Shown: piece after piece, positions 14,196 through 29,100 of the stretch
Position numbering within the stretch: position 1 is the stretch's first letter
Layout: the number at the start of each line of letters is the position of its first letter
DNA from: Podarcis liolepis
Taxonomy: Eukaryota
Strand: one strand, 5' to 3'
Assembly (NCBI GenBank): GCA_965112155.1
Contig: OZ218103.1
DNA: 64,000 nucleotides
The notes under the pieces: model-generated
What the model was told of the DNA's origin: nothing
Databases searched by the model: none
The model's input: only the letters and a program-made list of their open reading frames with translations
Translations under genes and position numbers: made by a program

Positions 14196-17100
14196 TTGTG
14201 GTCTTACATTATCTCTTCAATAGAATGCTATCTGACAGTGAATACTGTCATAAAAGCACAGGCATATTCCTGCATTCTCCTCACAAGTGGGAGGTGGGCA
14301 GAAAGAGAGGTTTGTATGCAGACATAACTATCTCTCCCCCCCCAAATATAAGTGGCAATTTACATGCCCCTTCCTCTACTTCGCTCCTCAAATAGCCGTA
14401 TACATATATCTCAGAAGCACAGGAATTTTAAGTGCAACAATTACAGCTTTTGACAGAATCAGTTAATTAGCCTTCTAAAATGAAGGACTGTTAATTGTGG
14501 GCTGTATTACTCTGGAATAAAAGCTGGTACTTAGAATAAGGGACAGCCGGCCACCCTATCCAACACATGCACACACTGCAAGAATCTCTACATTGTCCCA
14601 TTGAAGAAGAAAAAGAAAAAAGGAACTTTACCACAGATGAACCATATGTCCTGGTTTATTATAATTTGCCAGTGGCTGTTATCTACCTGTACACTTTCGG
14701 ACCATAGCCAATTATATGCTGCATTCGTGCCGTCCAAAATAAAGTCCTATTAAGCTTCCACCAAGATGTTTCTTTGCCAAAATAAATCACAAATATGACC
14801 TTTAGTATATCATTTGACAAACAACAGTCCTGCTAACGCAAGTGCTTTTGGCTGCAAAATTGAATCTCTCCCCCCCTTCTTTTCCCACACGGCCCTTAAA
14901 TCTGCTCTAGAGAATTGTGAGGAAACCCGGTCAATATTTAGGGAGATGTGGTGAGCAATATGATGAACACAAGTAAGGGTACGGTAAAGGACCCCTGGAT
15001 GTTTGTCTAGTCGAAGGCGGCTACGGGGTGCAGCACTCATCTTGCTTCAGGCCAAGGGAGCAGGCATTTGTCCATAGACAGCTTTCTGGGTCATGTGGCC
15101 AGCATGACTAAACCGCTACTGGCACAACGGGACACCGTGACGGAAGCCAGAGCACATGGAAATGCCGTTTACCTTCCCGCCCCAATGGTACCTATTTATC
15201 TACTCATCCCATTGCATGGATTGGAACCGCTGACCTTCTGATCAGCAAGCCCAAGACCCTAGCAACCGTTGTGTTGAATCCAGTAAAGTCATTTTGTGAG
15301 CTTTGGGGAAACCCATGGAGGAGATTTGGGAGAGAGCAGGGGGAGAAGGAGTAGAAGTTCTAGTCACACAATGGCTTCGTTGGATACAGCCCTTTGTTTC
15401 AAATCGTAATTTAATCTCTTTGTTGATTTCAGTGTTGATTTAGTTGCCTTGAATACGATTTTACCATAAAACAGAGATTTAAATGTAGATTCAAGTTAGT
15501 TCCACATTTCCCATTATTCATTCATTTTATTATTTATCACAGGGGTTTATGTCCCACGCTTTGGTAGAAATTCCTTGGGCAGCTGGCAAGTGTTTTGTGG
15601 GTTTCTTTTTACTCACGAGGCATGCAAATGTTCAAAATTAGGCACACATATCCTGTTCCCAGTTAAGATAGTATTTTATACAAATTATCACATACTAGCA
15701 ACCAGTATACACAGTTAGAAAATTCATATGCAGGCTATGAAATAAGTACATTGCCTACTGAATGTGTTCAGTGTATGAGATACTGTGGCATTTTCATTCT
15801 CACGAAAGTATCATTTCAGAGCTGTAAAGCTGAAGTATACACAACTATAATGCTGTCATCGGTAATTTCCTGCAGGATGTCGTCTAAAAATACTGATAAA
15901 AAATAGAAGTGGACAGTCCGCAGGCAGCTACTACTACGAATGACAGCTATTTGTCAGCTCCAGCTAGTCTTATTTTTTTAAAAAAAAATGCAAAGTCAAA
16001 TTATGCGATCTACTTGAATCACACATATCTTCACATTTCACATCATGTATTCTGCTCTTGCATAAAAGGACAAGTTACCACGGAGGGTTACCCTTTGCCC
16101 ACTGGAAGCCTTGTTGAGCCATCGTTCTGAGTGCTGAGATTTCATCACCCATTCCCTAGCCACTTTCAAGCATTTATATAGTGTCATAAAGGCTGGCAAC
16201 TTGCTTTAAAAAGAAGAAGAAGCTGGAAGTTGCAGGAAGCTGAATGCACTTGTGAGGAATCTCAAAATACACAATAGTTTCAGTTGTAATAGTTAGGACA
16301 GAACCGACAGCCATCAGCATTATTGCAAAAAAGGTTAAAAAAAAAAAGACTAGAAGTTTTCTGCTCAGTCTGAGACTTGGTTCCCATGATCTTATCTGTT
16401 GTGCATGGAACCTGGGTCCTTCCCGTTGCTGTTGGCATTTCCTGAATGTTTCTTCCAAAGCTACCAACCAAAAATTCAAGTAGATTTGTGATTTATTTGC
16501 TGGAAGGACAACTCAAGTTGGGCTGTCTTTAATATTCTTCCAGCTGCGTGAACTGAAATTTCAGCTTGATCTTGCACCTGTTGGCAGGGGACAGATGTCA
16601 GGGGTTCCCTGACACAAGACAGATCTCTTCAACTTGTGCAAGGGGTATTCAGTAGTGTGGGAAGTGCTAGTAGCACAAGGATTGATGTACGGCTGGAGTC
16701 AAAGGCGAGACTATTATTTTAAGACCTGGCTTCCTTTCCTTCACTTTACTGACAAACAGAACTCACCCAGGAGATCAGCCAAGCTTCCCTTGTTTTTAGT
16801 CACCAAACTGTTTCTGACCTTTTATTTTCCTCCTTCCTTTGCTTTCAGAGGGAAAAAAAAGGCTGAAAGTCATTTTCTTTCAACCACTTTTTTGGTTTTG
16901 ACTAGTGCTGCTTGAGCCAGATCAAAATCAATCCATTTTAAAGTACCGAGCCGTAAAATACAAATCCCGTCTTAATATATTTGTTTGCAAAGTGCTAAAC
17001 TGTACAAATCAGTAGCTTTCAACTATGAAAAATTGATTGTCAACTTTCTAACAGCAGGTAAATTAGGTAGTTTCTTTCTTTCTTTCTCTCTGTCTGTTAA

Positions 17101-20100
17101 ATACTTCAAAAAGAAGGCTGTAATTGTAGACACACTTACTTGGGAGTAAGTTTTGTTGAACATCGTGGAAGTTGCTTGTGATAGCAAATATGCATAGAAT
17201 TGTGCTAGTCTGCTCAGCATGAGCAATTAACTCATTAAAATCAATGAAACTTTAAAAATGCTTAATTTGGGCTGGATGAAGCCCTTTTGTTTTACTGTAA
17301 TTTATAGCAAGTTGCTTTAAGAAGCATTATTTTCTTACAAAGGTTTATGATAACTTACATAGGAATACATTCCATTGAACTTGGTGGAGCTTATGTCTGA
17401 GTAGGTATGTTTAGGATTTTTTATGTCCCCCTCCCCATGATGGGTTATATTTTGTTAATTAGATTTGTTACATTGTTTTAGGATTCATGTAAGGCACCCT
17501 GTAAGTTGCCAGAATGGAGAGAGGGGTTATAGCAGTATCCAAGATAATTAAAATAAGCCTTTAGCCTTTACTGTCTGAAATTACTTCTGGTACCGATTAC
17601 TAAAAGTTCTGCAAAATTATTATGAGTTTGAACTAAAAATACATCTAGCCCACAACCTCTTTGTGGTCTAATTCAAATGCAGTGCTGCCTGATTGCTTAG
17701 ATATGGTTGCCGTGAACTTTGTAAATTAATTCTGATTTTGAAATTAACACGCATCCTTCTCCTTCTCCTGCCCCAGGTGCAACAACAGAACACAGTGTAT
17801 AGTAGTTACCGGGTCAGATGTGTTTCCTGATCCTTGTCCTGGAACATACAAATACCTCGAAGTACAATATGAATGTGTCCCTTACAGTAAGTATACGCTT
17901 TTTTTTGTTGCTGTTCTTGTTCACTTCCTCTAGCCTTCACAATTGATGCTGTGGCAGTCCAAGATGCACAAAAAGAGCGTAGGTTTCGGGCCTGAGAACT
18001 ATTATGCATGCAGAGCACTTTCAAACTAGGCCTTCCAATTAGCTTCAGCAAAGTGTGGAAAGGAGCCACCGTGTGATGCTGGCCAAGTGGCTGTCTGTGT
18101 TCTTAAGTGTTTGGCTTTTAAGGCTACTAGGGTTTTATCCCCCCCCCCACAAAACAAACTTGAATTAGCTATTCAAAAGACGAGATAGAAATTTGTACTT
18201 TTGCCCAATACCGGTTCCTGACAAATTGGCTTGGCTTGCAGTTTTCTAAAGAAACCACTGACTTCAATTTTAATCTTCCAACAGTTTGAAACAGCTACCT
18301 GCTGTGGTGACAGTGGTTCACAGCCATACAATACCGTGGAAATATCCAGGAGTTATTTCCCCAGTTACTTGATACAGCAATGTTTGCTTTTATTTCATTT
18401 TTATTTTCAGTTTGAAGATCATTGTTGTTGTTGTTGTTATTTATTATATTTGTAAGCAGTCCTTCATCCGAAGATCATAGGACAGTTCACAACATAAAAA
18501 TACAAAACCAGAGCACAAAAGACATAATAAAACAGAAGCAAACCAATAAACCCACTCCCACAAAGAGTAATTAGCCAAGGGCCCGGGGGGGGCCAGCATT
18601 TTCGCCTGGTGCCTAAAGAAATGCAATAAGTCCTTGAGGAGAGGAATCCACAAACTGGGAACCCGTTCTCATGTTGCCACCCTCCAGACCTCTTGTGAAG
18701 GAGGCGCACAAAAAACTTGCAAGTAATGAATACTTCCGTAAAATTACACATTCATTCTTTTTTAATGTACAGAATCTCATTGTTTGATTCTTAAAATAAT
18801 AATAATCAAGTGATACTCAATCAGCGGGTAAGCAGTATCTACTCCCACCCCAAAATAACCCCATCATCCACAGTAACAACCTATCCATGATGAGTCTCCA
18901 TTCATCAGCAGACCATAACATCTTTGGCAGCCCAGTCGACAAGCCTTGAAATGCCTGCCGTGGATCTAAAGAGCTGATTCATCCAGTTTCTGAAAAGCTT
19001 TTGTTTTCTCCTCCATAATGCTGTCGTTCAAAATAAAGTCAACCTTGGTCTCATATTTTCCATTAGAGGAAGTCTGTTGCTTCTAACAGTAAACTTCAGC
19101 AATGCATTGATTGTGCCTCCATTTGTTATAAATGTGACGTTAATGTTTTTTAATATCTTCAAACTTAAAATATTAAAAATAATTGCAGCGTTCTTTTTGG
19201 TGTAGGGAGCATACACATAGCAAGAAATGAACGGTATAGGATTAGTAGCATTTGCCCACTAAAAAAAATTGATGGAATCAGCTGTGTTAGAAATAGGCAG
19301 CACCAACTCTCTCTCCCCCTCCCCCCCATTAATGCACTTAACACTGTATGTAAATGTATACAGCAGTTTGCATCTGGACAGTACTCAATACTGAGTCACA
19401 GTATTGATCTTTCTGCGCATCAGTTAAAGGCCGAACACAGATCATCTTTTCTTTCCATTCTTGCTATGTATTCCTGTGCCATTGTGAAGCAGGTGCTTGT
19501 TGTGGCTTTCTTTTTTTGTGCCGTGGGTAGGAATTGGAATCCTACTGTGTCTGCTGAGCTTTAGTGCCCTGTTCTCATGTGTCTATCATTGGTGGCTCAT
19601 TGAAACCATCCTTCTTGAGGAGTGTATTGTCCCTACCTAACAAAAACAGCTTTGTTTCATAAAGTCACCTTTACATTAAGATCACTATTTCTATTCCTAA
19701 ATTCCCAGAAAGAAGCAGTGAATCCAATTCCAAGCTATTCAAAAGCCACAAAGTTTCTGTTTCGTTGGGTTGTGTAGGACAAGACAGTAGTTAAAAAAAA
19801 TAAATGCAAATGTTATTTTCAGATTTCAGATCTTTTTTTCATGCTGTTTTAGGGAGACAAGTGTGGATATGCCCTGCTGGTTTGGGTTTTCCTATCTACA
19901 GAGAAAAAAATGTTTCTTTTGCAGTTAACAGAAGGATGCTCTGCACAGCACTGCCTAGGCAGAACTCTTTTAACATGTAGTAATTTTACTCCTTTAAAAA
20001 TAGCTGTATTTCAATATGTATATTGCTTACTGCTCATTTCATTACAAAGCTATTTTCAGTTGCTCTGTGCAGAAGTGAAATGAATCAAGAGTCTTTTCTG

Positions 20101-23100
20101 ATTCATGAATCAAATTCAGAGCTTAATTTGAAGAAGCATATTTTGAATTTGATTTAATATGAATATATGTTGATAATTGCATTTTCTTGTTCTGGCTTAC
20201 TATTTACAAGTCCCTTAGAAAAAGAAAAGGTAACATGATAATGCTTACTTTGTAATGTATAATGCTTTATTTGAAGAAGCAAATAAATTTTGGCCATAGT
20301 CCTGCACCCCAAAAATAACAAGACAAACCCGTGAGTCAAGATTTATCTATCAGGCATGTTACAGACTTCCTCCAATGCAAGCTTTGGGCCAAACTACATG
20401 TGATTTTTTTGTATCTTTAGTCTCTGTATGGCTATTTTTTTCCTGGCTGACATGGGATGTCTGAGCCAGATCAGGGCTGTGGCATCGGGGCGGGAGGAGG
20501 AAGGTCTTCATCCCACTGTGGTCTTGCTCCAAATCAGGGGTGGGATGTAGACTATCTGTTTCATTCCCTAATGGGGACAAAAGTTAAAACTCCCCATCCC
20601 AGCACAGCCAACCCACCTCTGGGACCCCTGTGCCAGCTAGCTAGCTGTTTATTTCTTTATTTAAAAAAACCAGCCACCCATGAGCTTCCAGCATGAATAA
20701 TGTCATGTTTAGTTTGACCTTCTGTCTTTAAGAAGACTTATACCAAATCCCTCTCCTTGCAGTACTGTGTAACTGGACAGCTTGACGAAACCTGCACCCA
20801 TCTTCTCTTACAAACGTATACACATAAGGACACACAAACACATGCATGCATGCACATAAATTATTTCTGTGGATGTCTGTTCAAAATTCTTCACAGACAC
20901 GTCTACACAGAGGAAGAAAAAGTGAATATTGGAACATGCACTGAGTATTTAGCTTGTAGATTCCAAATTAATGATCAGCATACTTCAAATCTAAGTTCAT
21001 GACTGTCCAGGTTGAGAACAGCTACATGTGAGTGTTCGGTCTTTTCATGTGAAAGCAGACAAGCAAAAAGAACAAAAACAAGAATACTGTTAAACCGTTC
21101 CAGCTCTGACATGTCATCTCTGCGCAGTTTAGAGCCCTCAAAAGGTTACGAAAAACATGATTTATTAGGGGTTTCACATTATTACAATAGGGCAGCACAG
21201 TCCCTTAGCTTCCCTCCCCCCTCTGAATTAATGCTGTCTCTTTTTAGCTACAGTATTTTCACCTCTGATATTCAGTTGTTTAGCATTGTACACAGTGCTC
21301 AGGTTTGCATGCTCAGATAAGGATTAGGGTAAATGAGTGTCAATGCTTTGCTAGTAGTCTTAGATTAACACCCATTAAGTTGAGGACGTTTCCATCCCTG
21401 TCTTCTGCCTCTCACTGCTTCTAGTCAGGTTAACGTGGTGGAGATTTCGAAATGTGTTTTCCAAATCTATTGGAAACTTAGCTTTTCATGCAGTGCATGA
21501 AAACTTGAGCAGAGTTTTCTCATGGGTGGTTAGTTGCAGGAGGTCTTGCATCCAGTTTTCCACATATGATGTCCTTTCCAACACTGAAGGATTATTCACT
21601 TTGCTGCCAAAGTAGAACCATCATTCCTGTCCTTTTGGTAACCCCCACCTGGCCGGTGTGGAGCCAATTGTTGTCTTGGCACCTCCTATCAACAGGGATT
21701 TGTCCAGAACTCTGTACTTCCTTTCAGAAGCGTTGGATTACTGGGCAGCTATTTATACCTGCAGCAGTAATCTGTGGATGTGATGCCCCTGTGCTTAAGG
21801 CATGTTGGTGCCCATTAGGCCCAGAAGAAGATTTTCTGTTGAATGAACCTCAGTCTAATGTTGTGGGTTAGCTGGTTAGATACCAAGTAAGGCTTTCCTC
21901 CATGGTGTAGATGTTAGACATGCTTCTACTTCTTTGTCCTGCTTTTGCCTCAGCCTTACAGAGTTCCGATCCGGGTTCAGTGTGTTCCATGCTAATGTGC
22001 CTAGGCACTTGCTGAGCCTCCTTGAGAAGGAAAAGCTACATGCTTCTTGCAGGAGATTCAGGGTTTCTGCTGCACTCAGAACATCTGTGCAATCCCCACT
22101 CAGTGTTGTGAAGGGCTCTAAACTGTTCAGAGATGACACACCAGAAGGGGCTTTGCGCTGGGCCTCCACTCTCCTAATGGGCTTGTTTAAATGCAAGGAG
22201 ATTGAACACCAGAATGGGGTTAATAATAGTGATGCCAATATTATCTACACATTTGTCATGTAAATTTCCTCTTATTTCTGGTGTCACTCAAAATGTTCAG
22301 ATGAGCTTTATTTACTTACTTCAATCTCCCCGCTTTTCTGTAACTACCTGCTTTTAAATATCTCTCTCTTTTCTTTTGAAGTTTTGTTTTAAAAATCTGC
22401 TTTCTTCTCTCTGTACAAAACCCAAATCCTTCTCTGTGGTCTTCTTCTTTTAAGGTTGACATTCCCTTTCTAATGAGACGGAAGTTTTCTGTATCTACAT
22501 GAAGTGGTTTGCAACAGTCCTTATTGAGCTGCAACAAGTGTCTGAATTACTGGAATATCTGAAGCCCTAGTGTCACTTTTGCTACAACCCTGTCAGCGCT
22601 GCTTCTGAAATTGTCATTGTGCGCCCTGTGTACTTGCATCAAAGCACTGAATTGCACTGCTCTGTTCCCTTGTGCTTGAGTTAATGCACTTACATCCATC
22701 ATGTGTTTCAGGTTCAAGGCCAAGGAGAGAAGAGACCATCCTTGTCTAGCAATACACATCTTCTGCGCTCCTTTTCTGCTAATAGAGCTCTGATACACTG
22801 CACTGTCAATTACTTTTATTTTGAGCATGATTAGTGAGCATGAAGGGACTGACTGCACAGTTTCTAGTCTGTAGCCCTCGGTTTTTGTTTGGTTTTTGTT
22901 TTTTGGCTAACCCACACTTGACCTTTGGTGGGTGAACATTTTTTTTCCCCTTTAGACTCTTCCGCCCATACAGCATTTCATTTTTCCTGTCACTTCCATC
23001 TAAGGGACCCATGAGTGATGACTAGATCTGGGTTTCTCCTTGTTTGTTTCCCTACAGTGCCATCTTAAGCCATGGTATGCAAAACATTTGTGTTAAGAAG

Positions 23101-26100
23101 GACGCATGTGAACCAGCATCCCAAGAACCAAAGTTGCTTAAGGAACCTAAATTGTGAGGAAAGGTTCCTTGGTTGCATACTTTGAAGCACTGCCACCCCC
23201 CCCCCTCCCAAAGAGCATGGAGATCTCAGGGAGCCATAGCATTCATTTAGTTCATTTACTTGTGATTTATGTCCTGCCATATAGCCTAGAATGCACAGTG
23301 ATTGTATATAAAAGCAAGAGAATAATGATTTTTCTCCTTATAAATCCTTGGAGCTCAGTACAGATTATGAATAGTCTCTTGTGATGGGGGAATTAGAGGG
23401 GGAAAGTTAAGGAAATGGGAGGAAAATTCCAAGATTGGAAGAAAAGTGAACTAGGCAGAGTGCCAAAGCTTGCTCCTTGTAGTAAATTCATGCTCTCCGT
23501 GTTACATTTAGTGTACAACATATAAACAGTATAAACAAACATCAGTATAAAAACCTCAACTATAATAACAGTGTCAATGAATACAGGGTGTAGGGTCCAG
23601 AGTTAATGGTCGGGAAAAGCAAAAACAGTATGTATTCAAGGGGCATGTGAAGTATATAGCACAGGGAAGGGCTTTCAGAAGAGAAGGTGCAATGGCAGAA
23701 AATGCCTGTCTATGGGCCACTGCCATAATTTTCTGTATGCCTACCGGTATATGTTTTTAATAGTAACCTAGGGAAGTAGCCTCAAAACAATGTAAAGGAT
23801 ATATATAGGAGTGCCTGTCACACTTACAATAGTGTTGCCTGTGGAAAGCATCTAAGTGTGAAGCGGGCACATGCATTCCCAGATAGTCAATATACCTGCC
23901 GTAAGAAGCCACTTAGAGAAATTGCCTTTTGCCATCACACTTTACAACAAGAGTGGGGAAACAGGAGATGAGGTTGGGTTCCCACCTGCCATCATCTTTG
24001 ATTGTCTCCTAATGGGGACTGATGGAGGCTGTCAGACCCAGATTTACCATTTAGCATTTCTCCAGAGGCAGCGGCAGTATAAATGTGGAAAACATACCAG
24101 TCACTACAGAGTGTGATCAATCCCAAGACATGTTCGGCAGACCAGCTTCAGGGCAATCTTCAAGATTTACCAGTCTGCAGTTCTCTACCATATTACTTGG
24201 GAGTAGGCCCAGTAGGATTTAGATCTGAGTTGAAATGCATTGGATCACACTCTTGGTCTTTTGGACCTAGTAGCACCAATGCACAACTGCAGTCACCCTT
24301 CTTCTTGCTTTTCCTTTACCACTTCTGGTCATTTCGGTTCTCTGCTGCCGTCACTTAACAGGACAGAACATGGCATCTGTCTCGGAGAGTTCTCCCACCT
24401 GATAAAAACTGTGGTGACTTTTCAGGTACTTCCATTGTCACAGTGCACAATTCCTGTCATCACTTAAAAATTCAAAACTGCAATTTGGATTATGGAGTAA
24501 CACCATGCCCTACCAGAGACTTGTTCAGGCAAATGTTGACTATGGTAGCTGGCCATTCCAGTGTTCACACACATTTCCATTATTTTTTGGATGTGGCATT
24601 CCTTCCTAAAATGATTGAAACAAATATCAACAAAACTTGTTCTGCAATCTCATTGCAACTCCATCTATTCACTGAAACCTGGAATGGTGCTGTAATTGGA
24701 TTCTTTGGTAAATGATTAGAGCTATGTATCACACAGGATACGAAACCCTCGCATCATTTGTTGTCTTCTTGCTTCTTTATGGACTGCATTTAGATATGTA
24801 TTACTGTTGCGAGGATTCTTCTCAATTGATTAAGTGTCTTGGGTTCTAATAGCTCTCTATTTGTTTCGTTTTTTTCAAAAATCCCGTCTACTGCCAATGG
24901 TTCCTGCTCCCCCCAAAAAACCTTTTCAACAAGAAAGCTGCTGTAGATGAATTGCTACTAAAATGAGAATTCTAAATCAAGCTAAAAATGCATTGCTTTT
25001 TCCTTGAATAAGAGTGTTATTGATTAAATTACAGAGGAATTGAGAGAACCCCACTTGACATTTCTCTCAATTATACTGCACAATATATGTTGATACTTCA
25101 AATAACCCAAGTCAGTCCTTTTAGGATTAATAAGCACATCAGAAGCACCACTTCCTACATCTGTGCATGATATTTTATTTTAAGCCTTGCTTGGACCCAG
25201 GAATTCAGTGGGAAATATTCAAGTGTTCCATTCATTAGCTGCACTGATTGAACTTGCAGTTTTTGTTTACTTTAGCAAACCCATCTGTCCCTGAAAATGC
25301 ACAGTTGTACAACTGTGCACTCACAGCCGACATATCACTAATAATTATGTTATCCTTGTCTTTATGCCACTGTTTTACTACTATTCATCCTAAGCAGGTG
25401 CAATCTTCCTCTTACTGGTGGATTATGATGGAACACAATGCAACATGATTGTTTCATGTACCAGTCATGTCTTTGGCAGGAAAATGTTTCGTGGATAATG
25501 CCACTGTTAAAAAGTATATTTATTATAAAATATTGCGTACATTAGCTTGCAATTGAGACATGCTACATAAAGAATGGCATGGCCAGCATTTTCTCCAAGG
25601 TGTATGCTTTTCCTCCTTAGCAAAATAATGCATTTTTTTATAGCTAGCCATTATTGGACAAAAGTTAGCTTATACATTCTCATCCCAATGCTGAGTCCTT
25701 CATTTACTCTGATAAATGTGCAAGCTTTCCAATTCATTTCAATGCAATCCTATGTGCACAGAAATCAGCTCCGTTTGTTGCACTGCCTTGACCAGAACAG
25801 ATTGCTGTACTGGGATATCTATCTATAAGTATTTAATATACTCCTGCCTTGGAATTGAGTAAGTTGCATTAGCTAACCAACCTCCCACTCCACGTTTTTC
25901 TTTTATTGGGATGACGGGCCAAAGATTTCATAGAGATTTATGAATATTTGGTAAGATTCGCATTGTAAACTAGGCTTCTGATTTGAGATTATTGTATGCT
26001 GAAGAATTTCTGAGTGGGCTAAGTTTCTGGTGCTCACTTTCCTTCTTTTAATTGCTTACTGTGCTTTGTTTCTTCTTTCTAGAGTTTTGTGCTTATTTCT

Positions 26101-29100
26101 CTTAAGCAGATGTTTCACGTCAAGATTAAAAAGTCATTGCATTTCTCATTAATATCCAGCACTACAAAAGCACCCCCCACAAAAAATAATAATAATAACA
26201 CAAACGAGCCACCTCCCCTTATAAGAAAGAAGGGCAGGGCGCAATCAAATGGTGGGAATAGGAAATATAATATACATATAACATTTTTTTACTATGTTAT
26301 GAAGCCTCAGGAGAAGTTCCGTAGTTAAGACAACCTGGTTTTTCAGCACATCTCTCTGTTCTAAAGACTGAAACCTCCGTTTTACACAGGTTCAAGTTGT
26401 TTTGTGTGACTTCTGAACAAAGTATCTATTTTTAAAGTTTTATCAACTGATTAAATTTCAGACAGATTTTTTTAAAATAAATAAATAAATAAGGTATGCT
26501 CCCTCACTTTATTTATTTATTTAGCTAGCCATGGTGAATTGTGGTGGCTTTTCTCCCTCCCCTCTCCACCCTCCACTCCCCTTCAAAGAGATTGTTTCTT
26601 TTTCTTCTTGCTTTCCCATTGCTTTTGGTGCTTTAGCGAATGTCAAACATTTCAAGAATATTTGCAGGGGTCCCCCTTTTGCTGGTTTGATGAAAATTCA
26701 TTTGGTATTTCTAAAGCGATGAGATCTCAGAAGTTTCCATTTTGATCAGTGGAAAGGGGAACAAGTTATATAGTGCATGCCATATAATGCTTGCTAAATC
26801 TCATTGTCTAAAAGTGACATACATAGCAAACTAGAAGCCATGCTGTTTCAGGATAGAGAGGTGGATGGGGGCGGGGTGGGGAGAGAGATGGAGAGACCGA
26901 CAGACGGACGGGCAGACGAGGAAGCTTCCCATCCAATACTGTCTCTCTTCAACCAGGATGCAACAGAGACTTAGATCTTAAGTATCCCCATTCCATTTGT
27001 GGAAGGAACTGTAGTCCATCAGATGTTTCCAGCACATCAGAAGTGGAACAGTACTTTTTTGCCCATGTGCCCTTGCTCCTGCAGACCCCTGTGCCACACC
27101 TCATTCTGCAGTGCAGCAGATTTTCAACGGGCAAAGGTGGTGCAGGTTAAAGGGGAAATCAGTTCAGGATAATGCTGTGAATGGAACTCAACCCTTGGGA
27201 CTCTCCCGTTAGCAGCTTAGTTGGCAGCTATAAAACTGCTTATTTTCTGCTCCTCCAATCAGCTTTCCTGTTCTGTCAGGGAGATGGGAGAAAGCCTTCC
27301 CTTGAAAGGAAGGGGAAAGCAACGTATTCTCTCCTGGGGTGTGAGCTGGCTGCATAACTCTGAGCCCAGAAGGATATATTTCCACTCTCTGCCAGGTTGA
27401 GTCTTCTCATCCTACATGAAGAGGGGAACCTCTTCTCTGAAGGTGTGGAACCAGCTATTTGACTCAGGAAAGGGAGGAGGAAAAAAGCCCTTTCTCATTT
27501 AGCTAGGGAAATCGCATACTGTAACCTCCCTGAAGGTTGCTTCCTTTAATTTGGCAACAGCCATTTCAAAAAGAGGCAGCCTGCAGATTCTGGAAAAGTG
27601 ATCTTGCCTCCCGCATGGTGGAGTGGAGGAGGATCAGCCTGCTTGTGGAAGTTTATGTGAGCAGGAGAAAAATCAGTAGTGCCGTAGAATTAAGTAATAG
27701 AAGGTGTCATAGCTCAGTGGTGGAGCAGATCTGAGTGAAAGAGTGAATCTGTGTCTGTGAGGGGAAGGTGATACTTGTGTTTGAACCTCACTTCCAACTT
27801 CAGTGTTCCTTACCTGCAAAACGAAAATGTCTTGCAGGATGTCTTCTAAACGCTTGTCTGCTCTGCATGCACTCTGTTCTTCTTTGTGCTTGAGACACAG
27901 TTCAATGTTGACCTGCTGAGGTCTGATATAATGTGTGAATGGGCTTGCATGTGGCAAGGGACCTGCTGCTGCTGCACTTCTTACAACCAAGCAGGAAAGC
28001 ACAGAAAAGGAGTCCTCAACTGAGCCTCTGTACAGATGTCCATTGTGCAAAATTTCACACATACACACAAAAATCATCTAATTTAGTTGCTTTCTTTACT
28101 TTCCTTTTTAAAACGAACCTCTAAAAACAAGAAATGGTTGGTTTAGCAGAAGAGTAAAAGCTGACAAATAACTCTTGGTCTGCAAAAGCATGGAAAACGT
28201 AAGAGTTTGGCTTTAATTTCTGCACCATGTAAGCAAAATGAGAGGTATGGTATACCCCTGTTCAAAGGCTTTGGGTCCAATGGGATGTGTCCACTAGAGG
28301 AGGAGGAGTGTAGCGATTTTTGACAATTTCTCTCTCTAGCAGCAGCCCTGAAAATATGTTTGGGATGATCCCCTAGAACAGGGGGCTGCAGGGGCAAAAT
28401 CAACAAAACACACCCCTCCTTGGTTAGCAGATACCATAAGACAAGGAGGACTGATTTGATTCCACCCAGTTGGGATTGCTTACAGGTTCTGCAGCAAGGC
28501 TGAAAGATGAAGGGTGTGTACAGAGAGATAAGACTAGGGGCAGTCTTGTAAGGATTTGGGCATTAAACTATAGATAGCTCAATTGGTAGAGCATGAGACC
28601 TTGAATTGGTTCAAGCCCCACATTGGGCAAAACTATTTCAACTCTACGATTCCATGATTCTACGCTAATGTTCAAACTTTGCTGGTTTTACATTTGGTTC
28701 AATATGAGCAGAACTCTAAACCTTTCAAGAGCAAATATTTTATGAGCACTACCTCCCACATCTGTGTTGCTGCCAACTTGCAGAGGAAGAGAGAGACTTA
28801 AGCCTGAATGTTAAGGTGAACTGTGTGTGCAATTTGTAAGCAATCTATGAGATTGTACATCTTTACTACTTACATGGTGAGAAAGTTAACACATCAACCT
28901 TAACTTGTGATTTCTATGATTTTTAGAGCACGGTTGACTTGTTGAAGCCTTCACTCTTCTTAAACCAAAGGGTTTTTCTTATTTAAAAAATGTATATATA
29001 GTGACATACATAATATATCTATAATGTGCATATCATATTAATAGAAGGGTTTTTTTTTTAAAAAAAAGATAAAGTTGACAGGATTTTGCTTGGGGCTTTG

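Noticed and set aside
26036-26130. Strong pyrimidine tract with TGC motifs and TAG/CAG acceptors
   Set aside because: Both acceptors meet a stop within a few codons in the required phase, and no plausible donor follows.
27700-27735. tRNA-like tagctcagtggtggagca
   Set aside because: A-box fragment only; a SINE head remnant with no cloverleaf.
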